Positions 46,691 to 61,976 are shown, counted from the stretch's first letter. The stretch is 64,000 bases of DNA from Eledone cirrhosa (GCA_964016885.1 OZ024764.1:14136001-14200000), one strand, 5' to 3'. Notes: generated by a model not told the origin, from the letters alone. Numbers and translations are program-made.

Positions 46691-47454
46691 CCCTTTAACA
46701 TTTAAACCAGTCATATCTGGCCAGAACTCTCTCACCTCTTTCCTCTCAAACTAGCCATAACTGGCCACTCATACTGATTTTAAGATATTGTTCTCAAAAT
46801 GAATAATATCAAAAACTCATAGATTGGATATGTGGGATATTATGTGAGGTAAAGCCTTTACTGTGAAAATACAATAGTATATATAGAGTAATGTAAATGT
46901 TATGTGAGATATTATGTGAGGTAAATCCTTTACTGTGACAATACAATAGTATATATAGAGTAATGTAAATGTTATGTGAGATATTATGTGAGGTAAAGCC
47001 TTTACTGTGAAAATACAATAGTATATATAGAGTAATGTAAATGTTATGTGAGGTATTATGTGAGGTAAAGCCTTTACTGTGAAAGTACAATAGTATATAT
47101 AGAGTAATGTAAATGTTATGTGAGATATTATGTGAGATAAAGACTTTACTGTGAAAATACAATAGTATATATAGAGTAATGTAAATGTTATGTGAGATAT
47201 TATGTGAGGTAAAGCCTTTACTGTGAAAGTACAATAGTATATATAGAGTAATGTAAATGTTATGTGAGATATTATGTGAGATAAAGACTTTACTGTGAAA
47301 ATACAATAGTATATATAGAGTAATGTAAATGTTGTGTGAGGTATTATGTGAGGTAAAGCCTTTACTGTGAAAATACAATAGTATATATAGAGTAGGTAAA
47401 GACTTTACTGTGAAAATACAATAGTATATATAGAATAATGTAAATGATAAGGGG
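46691..47454 (-). mobile_element. piggyBac-like element, second copy with 72-bp array
   Basis: TTAA|ccctttaacattt ... aaatgataagggg|TTAA. Confidence 0.8.
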
Positions 47455-47828
47455 TTAAGGCTTTACAATCGTTTCAGTGTTACAGCTGATTAAGTTAAGA
47501 AAAATTGAAGGAGATGGAATAAAATCGTGTACAACATGTGCATAAAAGAAAGCAATGTCTCGTCAGAAGCAAAAATTATTAAATAAAAACGAAATATGGT
47601 GAAAGGTTGAGCCTTGTAGGGCATGGTGTAGGTCGTAGGAGGTTACTTTTCAATATGGCAGCCAAAAGAGATTCAAATGTGTGTGTGTGTATATAAATAT
47701 ATATATATACACACAGACATGCATCTGTCTCTCTTTTTATATAACATATATATATATATATATATATATATGCATGTGTATATATATATATACACCCACA
47801 CATGCACATAAACATCGTCTATATATAC

Positions 47829-47879
<51 letters not shown>

Positions 47880-47927
47880 CAGACATACGTGTGTGTGTGT
47901 GTGCATAGTGTACATGAAATACTTGAA

Positions 47928-47974
<47 letters not shown>

Positions 47975-47990
47975 ATATATATACACACAT

Positions 47991-48023
<33 letters not shown>

Positions 48024-48150
48024 CACATGTATGTGTGTATATATATATATGTGTATATATATACACACATGTATGTGTGTATATATATACACACATGTAT
48101 GTGTGTATATATATATGTGTATATATATATGTGTATATATATACACACAT

Positions 48151-48190
<40 letters not shown>

Positions 48191-50490
48191 GTATGTGTGT
48201 ATATATATATATATATATGTGTATATATATACACACATGTATGTGTGTATATATATACACACATGTATGTGTGTATATATATATGTGTATATATATACAC
48301 ACATGTATGTGTGTATATATATATGTGTATATATATACACACATGTATGTGTGTATGTGTGTTCAGGAACCAACACAAATAGCACCTTAAAACCACCACC
48401 ACCACCACCACCACCATTTATAACACCTTTACACCACCACCACCACCACCACTACACATAGCTAAGAAAAAAAAATCTATCAAACAGATGGTAAGCTATC
48501 ACCACCACCACCACCACCACCACCATCTTCATCATCATCATCATCATCCACACCACTACCTCCTCTTCCGTCAGTATTACCATCATCATCATCAGCAACA
48601 ACAACAAAACTACACAATAGGTGCTAAATTGCATTTATGAAACAGATGGTAGTCCACTACCACCACCACCATCACCACCACCACCACCATTATCATCAAC
48701 ACCACCACCACCATCACCATCACCACCACCACCATCACCACTACCATCACCACCATCACCACCATCACCACTACCACCATCACCATCACCACCACCACCA
48801 TCACCACTACCATCACCACCATCACCATCACCACCACCACCACTACCACTACCATCACCACTACCATTATCATCACTATCACTATCACCACCACCACCAC
48901 CATCATCACCACCACCATCATCAACACCATCACCACCACCATTATCATCAACACCATCATCACTACCACCACCACTATCACCACCACTACCATTACCACC
49001 ATCACTAACACCACCACCACCATCATCACCATCACCACCACCATCATCACTACCACCACCATCATCACTACCACCACCACTACCATTACCACCATCACTA
49101 ACACCACCACCACCATCATCACCATCACCACCACCACCATCACTACCACCACCATCATCACTACCACCACCACTATCACCACCACTACCATTACCACCAT
49201 CACTAACACCACCACCACCATCATCACCACCACCATTATCACCATCACTATCACCACCACCACCACCACCACCACCACCATTATCACCATCACTATCACC
49301 ACCGCCACCATCATCAACACCACCATCATCTCCACATTATCATCATCACCTCCGCCACCACCACCACACCGCTACACCACCACCACCATCAAACACTACA
49401 GCCCGCCCCCCAACCATCACCACCAAACATTACACCGCCACCAAACATTACACCGCCACCACCACCACCACAGCCACCATCACCATCAAACACTACACCG
49501 CCACCACCATCACCACAGCCACCATCAAACACTACACCGCCACCACCACCATCACCATCAAACACTACACCGCCACAGCCACCATCAAACACTACACCGC
49601 CACAGCCACCATCACCATCAAACACTACACCGCGACCACCACCACCACAGCCACCATCAAACACTACACCGCCACAGCCACCATCAAACACTACACCGCC
49701 ACAGCCACCATCACCATCAAACACTACACCGCGACCACCACCACCACAGCCACCATCAAACACTACACCGCCACAGCCACCATCAAACACTACACCGCCA
49801 CAGCCACCATCACCATCAAACACTACACCGCCACAGCCACCACCACCACAGCCACCATCAAACACTACACCACCACCACCATACACCACCACCATCAAAC
49901 ACTACACCGCCACCACCACCACCACAGCCACCATCAAACACTACACCACCACCACCATCACCATCGCCACCATACACCACCACCACCACAGCCACCATCA
50001 AACACTACACTGCCACCACCATACACCACCACCACCACAGCCACCATCAAACACTACACCGCCACCACCATCAAACACTACACCACCACCACCATCAAAC
50101 ACTACACCGCCACCACCACCACCATCAAACACTACACCGCCACCACCACCACCATCAAACACTACACCGCCACCACCACCACCATCAAACACTACACCGC
50201 CACCACCACCACCACCATCATCAAACACTACACCGCCACCACCATACACCACCACCATCAAACACTACACCGCCACCATCAAACACTACACCGCCACCAC
50301 CATACACCACCACCACCACAGCCACCATCAAACACTACACCACCACCACCACCACCATCAAACACTACACCGCCGCCACCATACACCACCACCACCACCA
50401 CCACAAAAGGTGCTAAGTTATATCTGCCAAACAGATGGTAGTGAAATACAGTTTAACACCAACAACAGATGGTGAGGTGCTTGTGTACAA

Positions 50491-50527
<37 letters not shown>

Positions 50528-50649
50528 CATATATACATGTGTGTTTTACACACTCACACACATATATATATATATACACATGCACACACACACACCAACA
50601 TATACATATACATATATATATATATATATATATACACATAGTGAAAAGA

Positions 50650-50928
50650 TAACAAGGACGTTTGGTTACTCCTCCATTACATTTATTGGTTGGTGACACG
50701 TGTTTCACCACTGATCAGCTCAAGGTTCGATCTGTATTGATCTTACCCGACTCTGTAATCTGACTTTATCATATAGCATGTATTCATTTTCTACTAACAT
50801 TTTAAGGGGTCCGCCGAGCCGTGGGTTACAGAGTCAGGTCAGATCGATTGAACCTTGAGCCGATCAGTGGTGAAACACGCGTCACCAACCAATAAATGTA
50901 ATGAAGGAGTAACCAATCGTCCTTGTTA
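50650..50928. repeat. imperfect fold-back element
   Basis: aacaaggacg..ggttac..ttggttggtgac / gtcaccaaccaa..gtaacc..cgtccttgtt arms; adjacent 50950-51040 is a reverse copy of 295-365. Confidence 0.8.
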
Positions 50929-51115
50929 CCCTATTTCACTATAATACACTCTGTATAGCTCTACACCTCGACACTGAAGTGAACCTAAACATTGAGTGCT
51001 CACCCGGGTGAACCTACAGTAACTCCATGTTACACTCCCTAGATATATTATATATATATATGTATATATGTATAAATAAATATGGATATTAAATGGTGAT
51101 GATATATATATAATA

Positions 51116-51467
51116 TATATTAACAAATGGAAACTATATTTATAAAACCATATTTATTATATTATACATATTTCAAGGGCCACCAAGGCAGATTATGGTG
51201 CGCTTTCATCAGATAAAATACAATACAGATTAGTTTTATAAATAAATATTGACATACCCTGAAAAAATGCAACCTTAATGGTTGGAGGTTCCTGGATAGC
51301 AACCATTAAGGTTGCATTTTTTCAGGGTATGTCAATATTTATTTATAAAACTAATCCGTATTGTATTTTATCTGATGAAAGCGCACCATAATCTGCCTTG
51401 GTGGCCCTTGAAATATGTATAATAAAATAAATATGGTTTTATTAATATAGTTTCCATTTGTTAATAT
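51116..51467. repeat. fold-back H1 element, ~170-bp arms
   Basis: near-perfect inverted repeat; the single-arm version occurs at ~8900-9120 and ~20795-20910. Confidence 0.9.
51364..51429 (+). ncRNA. type I hammerhead motif (family H1); mirror copy at 51155-51220, minus strand
   Basis: tattttat CTGATGA aagcgcacca..tggtggccctt GAAA tatgta TA ataaaata. Confidence 0.75.
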
Positions 51468-51577
51468 ATTGTATATTTACTCCACTAACCAGTTGAGTGC
51501 TTTATATCAGTTATAAAAATATTTTTAAGCTTGTTGTATCCCAACAAATTAAATATAACCTCTGCATATATATATAT

Positions 51578-52650
51578 CATTTCATCATTTCATTTTACGT
51601 CCACTTCTCCCTGCTTGCAAGGGTCGGACGGGAACTGATGCTGGCCTGATTTCTACAGCTGGATGCCCTTCCTAACACCAACTTCATTTACAGTGAGTGC
51701 TGGGTGCTTTTTTGCCGTGGCACCTCCACGACCACTTTGCAGTGAGTGCTGGGTGCTTTTTTGCCGTGGCACCTCCACGACCACTTTACAGTGAGGGCTG
51801 GGTGCTTTTTTGCCGTGGCACCTCCACGACCACTTTGCAGTGAGTGGTGGGTGCTTTTTTGCCGTGGCACCTCCACGACCACTTTGCAGTGAGTGCTGGG
51901 TGCTTTTTTGCCGTGGCACCTCCACGACCACTTTGCAGTGAGTGGTGGGTGCTTTTTTGCCGTGGCACCTCCACGACCACTTTGCAGTGAGTGCTGGGTG
52001 CTTTTTTGCCGTGGCACCTCCACGACCACTTTGCAGTGAGTGGTGGGTGCTTTTTTGCCGTGGCACCTCCACGACCACTTTGCAGTGAGTGGTGGGTGCT
52101 TTTTTGCCGTGGCACCTCCACGACCACTTTGCAGTGAGTGGTGGGTGCTTTTTTGCCGTGGCACCTCCACGACCACTTTGCAGTGAGTGGTGGGTGCTTT
52201 TTTGCCGTGGCACCTCCACGACCACTTTGCAGTGAGTGGTGGGTGCTTTTTTGCCGTGGCACCTCCACGACCACTTTGCAGTGAGTGGTGGGTGCTTTTT
52301 TGCCGTGGCACCTCCACGACCACTTTGCAGTGAGTGGTGGGTGCTTTTTTGCCGTGGCACCTCCACGACCACTTTGCAGTGAGTGCTGGGTGCTTTTTTG
52401 CCGTGGCACCTCCACGACCACTTTACAGTGAGTGCTGGGTGGTCTTTTTGCCGTGGCACCTCCACGACCACTTTGCAGTGGAATGATAGGGACCCCAGTC
52501 CCTATCATCTCATTTCTACAGCTGAGTAAACTGGAGCAATGTGAAATAAAGTGTCTTGCTCAAAGAAACAACACATCACCCGGTCTGAGAATTGAACTGA
52601 CAACCTTTCGATTGCAAGGCCAATGCTCTAACCACTAAGCCATGTGCCTA
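51578..52650 (-). mobile_element. SINE family A with internal 49-bp tandem array (~16 copies, 51691-52478)
   Basis: intact head and tail flank repeats of cagtgagtgctgggtgcttttttgccgtggcacctccacgaccactttg. Confidence 0.9.
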
Positions 52651-52759
52651 TATATATATATAGTTATATATTTATATGACATCATATGGTGATGATTATA
52701 TATATATATATTTATATATGGTGATCATTTTATATATATATATGTATATATATATATCT

Positions 52760-53184
52760 GGTAGGTCTTAACAGCATTATAGGCCCCCGGGCAGATCTTA
52801 CTGTAAAGTCAGCTCAAAAGTGACACAGAGGAGACTGAGGTTGGCTGGACATGCTCACCGACATCCAGAGTTGACACTGCACTCAGTGCTCCTTTGGGAG
52901 CCCCTACATGGACACACTGGAAGAGGAAGACCAAGGTTAACATATGTTGATGCCCTAAGGACAGACACTGGTCTGTTGGAGATGCAGGATATGGCAGCGA
53001 TAATGAGGGACAGAGACCGCTGGAGAGAACTCGTCCATGGATCTCGGGAATTTTACCCGCCTTAGATATATAGATAGTATTTATCAATTGACAACAAGTC
53101 GCTAGATACATAGATTAGCATGGGCCCCCTATCCTCGTGGGGCACCCAGGCAACTGCCCAGCATGCCCATGCATTAAGACGGCC

Positions 53185-53188
<4 letters not shown>
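52760..53188. mobile_element. probable MITE interrupted by the R1 LINE fragment
   Basis: right end ttaagacggccctg; degenerate left end ggtaggtcttaa..ggcccccgggca. Confidence 0.4.
52804..53065 (+). mobile_element. RTE-like LINE 3' fragment (R1), single-unit form
   Basis: ORF 52820-53065. Confidence 0.8.
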
Positions 53189-53225
<37 letters not shown>

Positions 53226-53591
53226 TGGAAAATATGTGAGACCCTTGGTACAGTTTGGTATATTTGAAAAAAAAAGGAAAAGAATGACTTCACTTGTAGT
53301 GTTAAATAATTTGATTTAATTTTATAATAAGTGTTTCTACTTTAGGCACAAGGCCAGCAATTACCCAGTGCATTACTGGTACTTTATTTTATTGACCCTA
53401 TAATAAGTGTTTCTACTTTAGGCACAAGGCCAGCAATTACCCCAGTGCATTACTGGTACTTTATTTTATCGACCCCCGTAAGGATGAAAGGCAAAGTCAA
53501 CCTCGGCGGGATTTGAACTCAGACGTAAAGGGACGTAACTATGCTGGAAAGCATGGTGTCTGACCCTCTACTGATACTGCCAATCCATGAG

Positions 53592-54400
53592 TTGGTAGAC
53601 CTAGTTGGCAGATCTAGTTGGTAGATCTAGTTGGTAGATCTAGTTGGTAGATCTAGTTGGCAGATCTAGTTGGCAGATCTAGTTGGTAGATCTAGTTGGC
53701 AGATCTAGTTGGCAGATCTAGTTGGCAGATCTAGTTGGCAGATCTAGTTGGCAGATCTAGTTGGTAGATCTAGTTGGTAGATCTAGTTGGCAGATCTAGT
53801 TGGCAGATCTAGTTGGTAGATCTAGTTGGTAGATCTAGTTGGCAGATCTAGTTGGTAGATCTAGTTGGTAGATCTAGTTGGCAGATCTAGTTGGTAGATC
53901 TAGTTGGTAGATCTAGTTGGCAGATCTAGTTGGTAGATCTAGTTGGTAGATCTAGTTGGCAGATCTAGTTGGCAGATCTAGTTGGTAGATCTAGTTTGCA
54001 GATCTAGTTGGTAGATCTAGTTGGCAGATCTAGTTGGCAGATCTAGTTGGTAGATCTAGTTGGCAGATCTAGTTGGTAAATCTAGTTGGCAGATCTAGTT
54101 GGTAGATCTAGTTGGTAGATCTAGTTGGTAAATCTAGTTGGTAGATCTAGTTGGCAGATCTAGTTGGTAAATCTAGTTGGTAAATCTAGTTGGTAGATCT
54201 AGTTGGCAGATCTAGTTGGTAGATCTAGTTGGTAGATCTAGTTGGTAGATCTAGTTGGCAGATCTAGTTGGTAAATCTAGTTGGTAAATCTAGTTGGTAG
54301 ATCTAGTTGGCAGATCTAGTTGGTAGATCTAGTTGGTAGATCTAGTTGGTAGATCTAGTTGGTAGATCTAGTTGGTAGATCTAGTTGGTAGATCTACCAG
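53592..54400. repeat. 13-bp minisatellite gttgg(t/c)agatcta
   Basis: ~60 copies, each with an AGATCT palindrome. Confidence 0.95.
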
Positions 54401-54520
54401 CTCATAATGTTATTAAATTAAATTAAATTAAATTATTTACAACTCCAAGTGAAGTCATTCTTTTCAAATATACATATCTAGAGACATTTTTCCCAATTCC
54501 ATCCCGCCCGTCTCATTCTT

Positions 54521-54556
54521 TCTTCTGATGAAGGACTAGCGTCCGAAACGTTAAGA
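54521..54556 (+). ncRNA. minimal Penelope-type hammerhead
   Basis: tctt CTGATGA a ggac tagc gtcc GAAACGTT aaga. Confidence 0.75.
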
Positions 54557-54861
54557 CCCTCTTCCTGCTATATCAAGCGTTAACCTAATATATACCTTCC
54601 ATATACTGTACCGATTGTGGTGTTATTTCTGTTTACCTTTTATATATATATATATATACGAGCATGGAAAATGGAGGTTAAACGAAGATGATGATGATGA
54701 TGATGATGATGATATATATAAAAAGAGAGAGAGAGAGGGTGATGGGTGTATGGTCCAGTAGTGCTCTATACTGCCAGAGTCCCATGACTCAACACCAATG
54801 CTTGGCATTTGATGAAAGTAAGGTTATTAAGAGATCAAGACTGACCTAGGGCTAAACATGA

Positions 54862-56025
54862 GATAATGTAGTCCTAGGTACACTGTGTCTGTATATAAGA
54901 CAGGACACATTAGATAGTGTAGTCCTAGGTAGACTGTGTCTGTATATAAGACAGGACACATTAGATAATGTAGTCCTAGGTAGACTGTGTCTGTATACAA
55001 GACAGGACACAGTAGATAATGTAGTCCTAGATACACTGTGTCTGTATATAAGACAGGACACATTAGATAATGTAGTCATAGATACACTGTATCTGTATAT
55101 AAGACAGGACACATTAGACAATGTAGTCCTAGATACACTGCGTCTGTATATAAGACAGGACACATTAGATAATGTAGTCCTAGGTAGACCGTGTCTGTAT
55201 ATAAGACAGGACACATTAGATAATATAGTCCTAGGTACACTGTGTCTGTATGTAAGACAGGACATATTAGATAATGTAGTCATAGATACACTGTGTCTGT
55301 ATATAAGACAGGACACATTAGATAGTGTAGTCCTAGATACACTGTGTCTGTATATAAGACAGGAGACATTAGATAATGTAGTCCTAGATACACTGTATCT
55401 GTATATAAGACAGGACACATTAGACAATGTAGTCCTAGATACACTGTGTCTGTATATAAGACAGGACACAGTAGATAATGTAGTCCTAGATACACTGTGT
55501 CTGTATATAAGACAGGACACATTAGATAATGTAGTCATAGATAGACTGTGTCTGTATATAAGACAGGACACATTAGATAATGTAGTCCTAGATACATTGT
55601 GTCTCTATATAAGACAGGACACATTAGATAATGTAGTCCTAGATACACTGTGTCTGTATATAAGACAGGACACATTAGATAATGTAGTCCTAGATACACT
55701 GTGTCTGTATATAAGACAGGACACATTAGATAGTGTAGTCCTAGATACACTGTGTCTGTATATAAGACAGGACACATTAGATAGTGTAGTCCTAGATACA
55801 CTGTGTCTGTATATAAGACAGGACACATTAGATAATGTAGTCCTAGATACACTGTGTCTGTATATAAGACAGGACACATTAGATAGTGTAGTCCTAGATA
55901 CACTTACACTGTGTCTGTATATAAGACAGGACACATTAGATAGTGTAGTCCTAGATACACTGTGTCTGTATATAAGACAGGACACATTAGATAGTGTAGT
56001 CCTAGGTACACTGTGTCTAGATACA
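54862..56025 (+). repeat. 51-bp minisatellite, left array
   Basis: gataatgtagtcctagatacactgtgtctgtatataagacaggacacatta. Confidence 0.95.
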
Positions 56026-56548
56026 CTGGAGCATCTTGGATCATATCATAGGTCTGTGAATGGACCAAGCCTGACCAAGGGTTAAACCAGCAGACAAGCA
56101 GAGAAGGTGTGGTGAGAGGAGAGAAGGTCAGACAGCAGAACAGAAATTATGGAGAAACAGGGTGAGGTGTGTTGGGTGGGGTGGCGGCATAAAACGAAGG
56201 GGCTGGAGGAGGAGGAGTGTGTGTGTGGGGGGGGGGTATATGACAGGCTTAAAAATGACATTTATAAAAAGAATGAGGGATGGGGTAGGATGGGTGAAGG
56301 AGGTTGCAGAGATCCACTTTTTGTTTTACTTCCCTTGCAACACCTCCTGCCCCACCCTAAAAAGGGGTGCGAAGGTGGTGTGGGGGTGACTAGGGGAGAG
56401 GGGCCCACATAATGCCACCCTCATATAACTGCTCCCACCCCTGGTGAAGCCACCCAGCACATACAGAAATGGGTAGGGCTGTTGTTGTTTAGCCCCAGGT
56501 CAGTATTGCTCCAATAGACCTATGATCAAAGGTGTTCCAACTGTGACC

Positions 56549-59500
56549 ATCCTGTCTTATATACAGACACAGTGTATCTAGGACTACATTATCTAATGTG
56601 TCCTGTCTTATATACAGACACAGTGTATCTAGGACTACATTATCTAATGTGTCCTGTCTTATATACAGACACAGTGTAACTAGGACTACATTGTCTAATG
56701 TGTCCTGTCTTATATACAGACACAGTCTATCTAGGACTACATTATCTAATGTGTCCTGTCTTATATACAGACACAGTATATCTAGGACTACATTATCTAA
56801 TGTGTCCTGTCTTATATACAGACACAGTATATCTAGGACTACATTATCTAATGTGTCCTGTCTTATATATAGACACAGTGTACCTAGGACTACATTATCT
56901 AATGTGTCCTGTCTTATATACAGACACAGTGTACCTAGGACTACATTATCTAATGTGTCCTGTCTTATATACAGACACAGTGTACCTAGGACTACATTAT
57001 CTAATGTGTCCTGTCTTATATACAGACACAGTGTATCTAGGACTACATTATCTAATGTGTCCTGTCTTATATACAGATACAGTGTACCTAGGACTACATT
57101 ATCTAATGTGTCCTGTCTTATATACAGACACAGTGTATCTAGGACTACATTATCTAATGTGTCCTGTCTTATATACAGACACAGTGTACCTAGGACTACA
57201 TTATCTAATGTGTCCTGTCTTATATACAGACACAGTGTATCTAGGACTACATTATCTAATGTGTCCTGTCTTATATACAGATACAGTGTACCTAGGACTA
57301 CATTATCTAATGTGTCCTGTCTTATATACAGACACAGTGTATCTAGGACTACATTATCTAATGTGTCCTGTCTTATATACAGATACAGTGTACCTAGGAC
57401 TACATTATCTAATGTGTCCTGTCTTATATACAGACACAGTGTATCTAGGACTACATTATCTAATGTGTCCTGTCTTATATACAGATACAGTGTACCTAGG
57501 ACTACATTATCTAATGTGTCCTGTCTTATATACAGACACAGTGTATCTAGGACTACATTATCTAATGTGTCCTGTCTTATATACAGACACAGTGTACCTA
57601 GGACTACATTATCTAATGTGTCCTGTCTTATATACAGACACAGTGTATCTAGGACTACATTATCTAATGTGTCCTGTCTTATATACAGATACAGTGTACC
57701 TAGGACTACATTATCTAATGTGTCCTGTCTTATATACAGACACAGTGTATCTAGGACTACATTATCTAATGTGTCCTGTCTTATATACAGACACAGTGTA
57801 CCTAGGACTACATTATCTAATGTGTCCTGTCTTATATACAGACACAGTGTATCTAGGACTACATTATCTAATGTGTCCTGTCTTATATACAGACACAGTG
57901 TACCTAGGACTACATTATCTAATGTGTCCTGTCTTATATACAGACACAGTGTATCTAGGACTACATTATCTAATGTGTCCTGTCTTATATACAGATACAG
58001 TGTACCTAGGACTACATTATCTAATGTGTCCTGTCTTATATACAGACACAGTGTATCTAGGACTACATTATCTAATGTGTCCTGTCTTATATACAGACAC
58101 AGTGTACCTAGGACTACATTATCTAATGTGTCCTGTCTTATATACAGACACAGTGTATCTAGGACTACATTATCTAATGTGTCCTGTCTTATATACAGAC
58201 ACAGTGTATCTAGGACTACATTATCTAATGTGTCCTGTCTTATATACAGACACAGTGTATCTAGGACTACATTATCTAATGTGTCCTGTCTTATATACAG
58301 ACACAGTCTATCTAGGACTACATTATCTAATGTGTCCTGTCTTATATACAGACACAGTGTATCTAGGACTACATTATCTAATGTGTCCTGTCTTATATAC
58401 AGACACAGTCTATCTAGGACTACATTATCTAATGTGTCCTGTCTTATATACAGACACAGTGTATCTAGGACTACATTATCTAATGTGTCCTGTCTTATAT
58501 ACAGACACAGTGTATCTAGGACTACATTATCTAATGTGTCCTGTCTTATATACAGACACAGTGTATCTAGGACTACATTATCTAATGTGTCCTGTCTTAT
58601 ATACAGACACAGTGTATCTAGGACTACATTATCTAATGTGTCCTGTCTTATATACAGACACAGTCTATCTAGGACTACATTATCTAATGTGTCCTGTCTT
58701 ATATACAGACACAGTGTACCTAGGACTACATTATCTAATGTGTCCTGTCTTATATACAGACACGGTCTACCTAGGACTACATTATCTAATGTGTCCTGTC
58801 TTATATACAGACACAGTGTATCTAGGACTACATTATCTAATGTGTCCTGTCTTATATACAGACACAGTGTACCTAGGACTACATTATCTAATGTGTCCTG
58901 TCTTATATACAGACACGGTCTACCTAGGACTACATTATCTAATGTGTCCTGTCTTATATACAGACACAGTGTATCTAGGACTACATTATCTAATGTGTCC
59001 TGTCTTATATACAGACACAGTGTAACTAGGACTACATTATCTAATGTGTCCTGTCTTATATACAGACACAGTGTACCTAGGACTACATTATCTAATGTGT
59101 CCTGTCTTATATACAGACACAGTGTAACTAGGACTACACTATCTAATGTGTCCTGTCTTATATACAGACACAGTGTACCTAGGACTACATTATCTAATGT
59201 GTCCTGTCATATATACAGACACAGTGTACCTAGGACTACATTATCTAATGTGTCCTGTCTTATATACAGACACAGTGTACCTAGGACTACATTATCTAAT
59301 GTCCTGTCTTATATACAGACACAGTGTATCTAGGACTACATTATCTAATGTGTCCTGTCATATATACAGACACAGTGTATCTAGGACTACATTATCTAAT
59401 GTGTCCTGTCTTATATACAGACACAGTGTATCTAGGACTACATTATCTAATGTGTCCTGTCTTATATACAGACACAGTGTATCTAGGACTACATTATCTA

Positions 59501-59812
59501 ATGTGTCCTGTCTTATATACAGACACGGTCTACCTAGGACTACATTATCTAATGTGTCCTGTCTTATATACAGACACAGTGTATCTAGGACTACATTATC
59601 TAATGTGTCCTGTCTTATATACAGACAGTCTACCTAGGACTACATTATCTAATGTGCCCTGTCTTATATACAGACACAGTCTACCTAGGACTACATTATC
59701 TAATGTGTCCTGTCTTATATACAGACACAGTGTATCTAGGACTACATTATCTAATGTGTCCTGTCTTACATACAGACACAGTGTATCTAGGACTACATTA
59801 TCTAATGTGTCC
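56549..59812 (-). repeat. 51-bp minisatellite, right array in opposite orientation
   Basis: reverse complement of the left array, ~64 copies. Confidence 0.95.
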
Positions 59813-60289
59813 TTCCTGGTCTTTTATTCAGACAGACCTCTGATGAAAGATGTTCCAGCTAAGTCCATCTTGTTCTCACCACCACCATCACATCACCATA
59901 ACACCACCACCACCATAACACCACCATCACATCACCATACCACCACCACCACCACCATAACACCACCACCACCATCACATCACCACCATCACACCACCAC
60001 CATAACACCACCTTCACATCACCATAACACCACCACCACCACCATAACACCACCACCACCATAACACCACCACCACCACATCACCATAACACCACCACCA
60101 CCATAACACCACCATCACACCACCACCACACCACCTTCACATCACCATACCACCACCACCACCACCACCAGTAATTTCAATAATCTGGCTGCCTGCCGCT
60201 CCCCCCCCCCCACCGTAAACACTAAACACGTGTGTGACACGTGGTTGTGTATTGTGCCTACAAACGCATGTGTGTGTGTGTATATATAT

Positions 60290-61790
60290 ATGCATGTGTA
60301 GAAGTGTGTATGTACAAAATTCTATCTATATGGATATATATGTGTGTGTGTGTGTATATATATGCATGTGTAGAAGTGTGTATGTACAAAATTCTATCTA
60401 TATGGATATATATGTGTGTGTGTGTATATATATGTGTGTGTAGAAGTGTGTATGTACAAAATTCTATCTATATGGATATATATGTGTGTGTGTGTGTATA
60501 TATATATTCATGTGTAGAAGTGTGTATGTACAAAATTCTATCTATATGGATATATATGTGTGTGTGTGTATATATATGTGTGTGTAGAAGTGTGTATGTA
60601 CAAAATTCTATCTATATGGATATATATGTGTGTATATGTATATATATGCATGTGTAGAAGTGTGTATGTACAAAATTCTATCTATATGGATATATATGTG
60701 TGTGTGTGTATATATATATATGCATGTGTAGAAGTGTGTATGTACAAAATTCTATCTATATGGATATATATGTGTGTGTGTGTGTATATATATGCATGTG
60801 TAGAAGTGTGTATGTACAAAATTCTATCTATATGGATATATATGTGTGTGTGTGTATATATATGCATGTGTAGAAGTGTGTATGTACAAAATTCTATCTA
60901 TATGGATATATATGTGTGTGTGTGTATATATATGTGTGTATAGAAGTGTGTATGTACAAAATTCTATCTATATGGATATATATGCGTGTGTGTATATATA
61001 TATATGCATGTGTAGAAGTGTGTATGTACAAAATTCTATCTATAAGGATATATATGTGTGTGTGTGTATATATATATGCATGTGTAGAAGTGTGTATGTA
61101 CAAAATTCTATCTATATGGATATATATGTGTGTGTGTGTGTGTGTATATATATATGCATGTGTAGAAGTGTGTATGTACAAAATTCTATCTATATGGATA
61201 TATATGTGTGTGTGTGTATATATATGCATGTGTAGAAGTGTGTATGTACAAAATTCTATCTATATGGATATATATGTGTGTGTGTGTATATATATGTGTG
61301 TGTAGAAGTGTGTATGTACAAAATTCTATCTATATGGATATATATGTGTGTGTGTGTGTATATATATGTGTGTGTAGAAGTGTGTATGTACAAAATTCTA
61401 TCTATATGGATATATATGTGTGTATATGTATATATATGCATGTGTAGAAGTGTGTATGTACAAAATTCTATCTATATGGATATATATGTGTGTGTGTGTA
61501 TATATATATATGCATGTGTAGAAGTGTGTATGTACAAAATTCTATCTATATGGATATATATGTGTGTGTGTGTGTATATATATGCATGTGTAGAAGTGTG
61601 TATGTACAAAATTCTATCTATATGGATATATATGTGTGTGTGTGTATATATATGCATGTGTAGAAGTGTGTATGTACAAAATTCTATCTATATGGATATA
61701 TATGTGTGTGTGTGTGTGTGTATATATATATGCATGTGTAGAAGTGTGTATGTACAAAATTCTATCTATATGGATATATATGTGTGTATA
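60290..61790. repeat. ~70-bp compound minisatellite
   Basis: tgtagaagtgtgtatgtacaaaattctatctatatggata followed by variable (TA)/(TG). Confidence 0.9.
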
Positions 61791-61944
61791 TGTATATATA
61801 TGTGTCTGTATGTATATATATATATATATATATATATGCATGTGTGTCATCATCATCATCATCATCATCATCGTTTAACGTCCACTTTCCATGCTAGCAT
61901 GGGTTAGAAGTGTGTAGAAGTGTGTATGTATGTACAAAATTGTG

Positions 61945-61976
<32 letters not shown>

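Noticed and set aside
56598-59333. 911-aa repetitive ORF
   Set aside because: Stop-free frame of a 51-bp minisatellite; no domain or splice evidence
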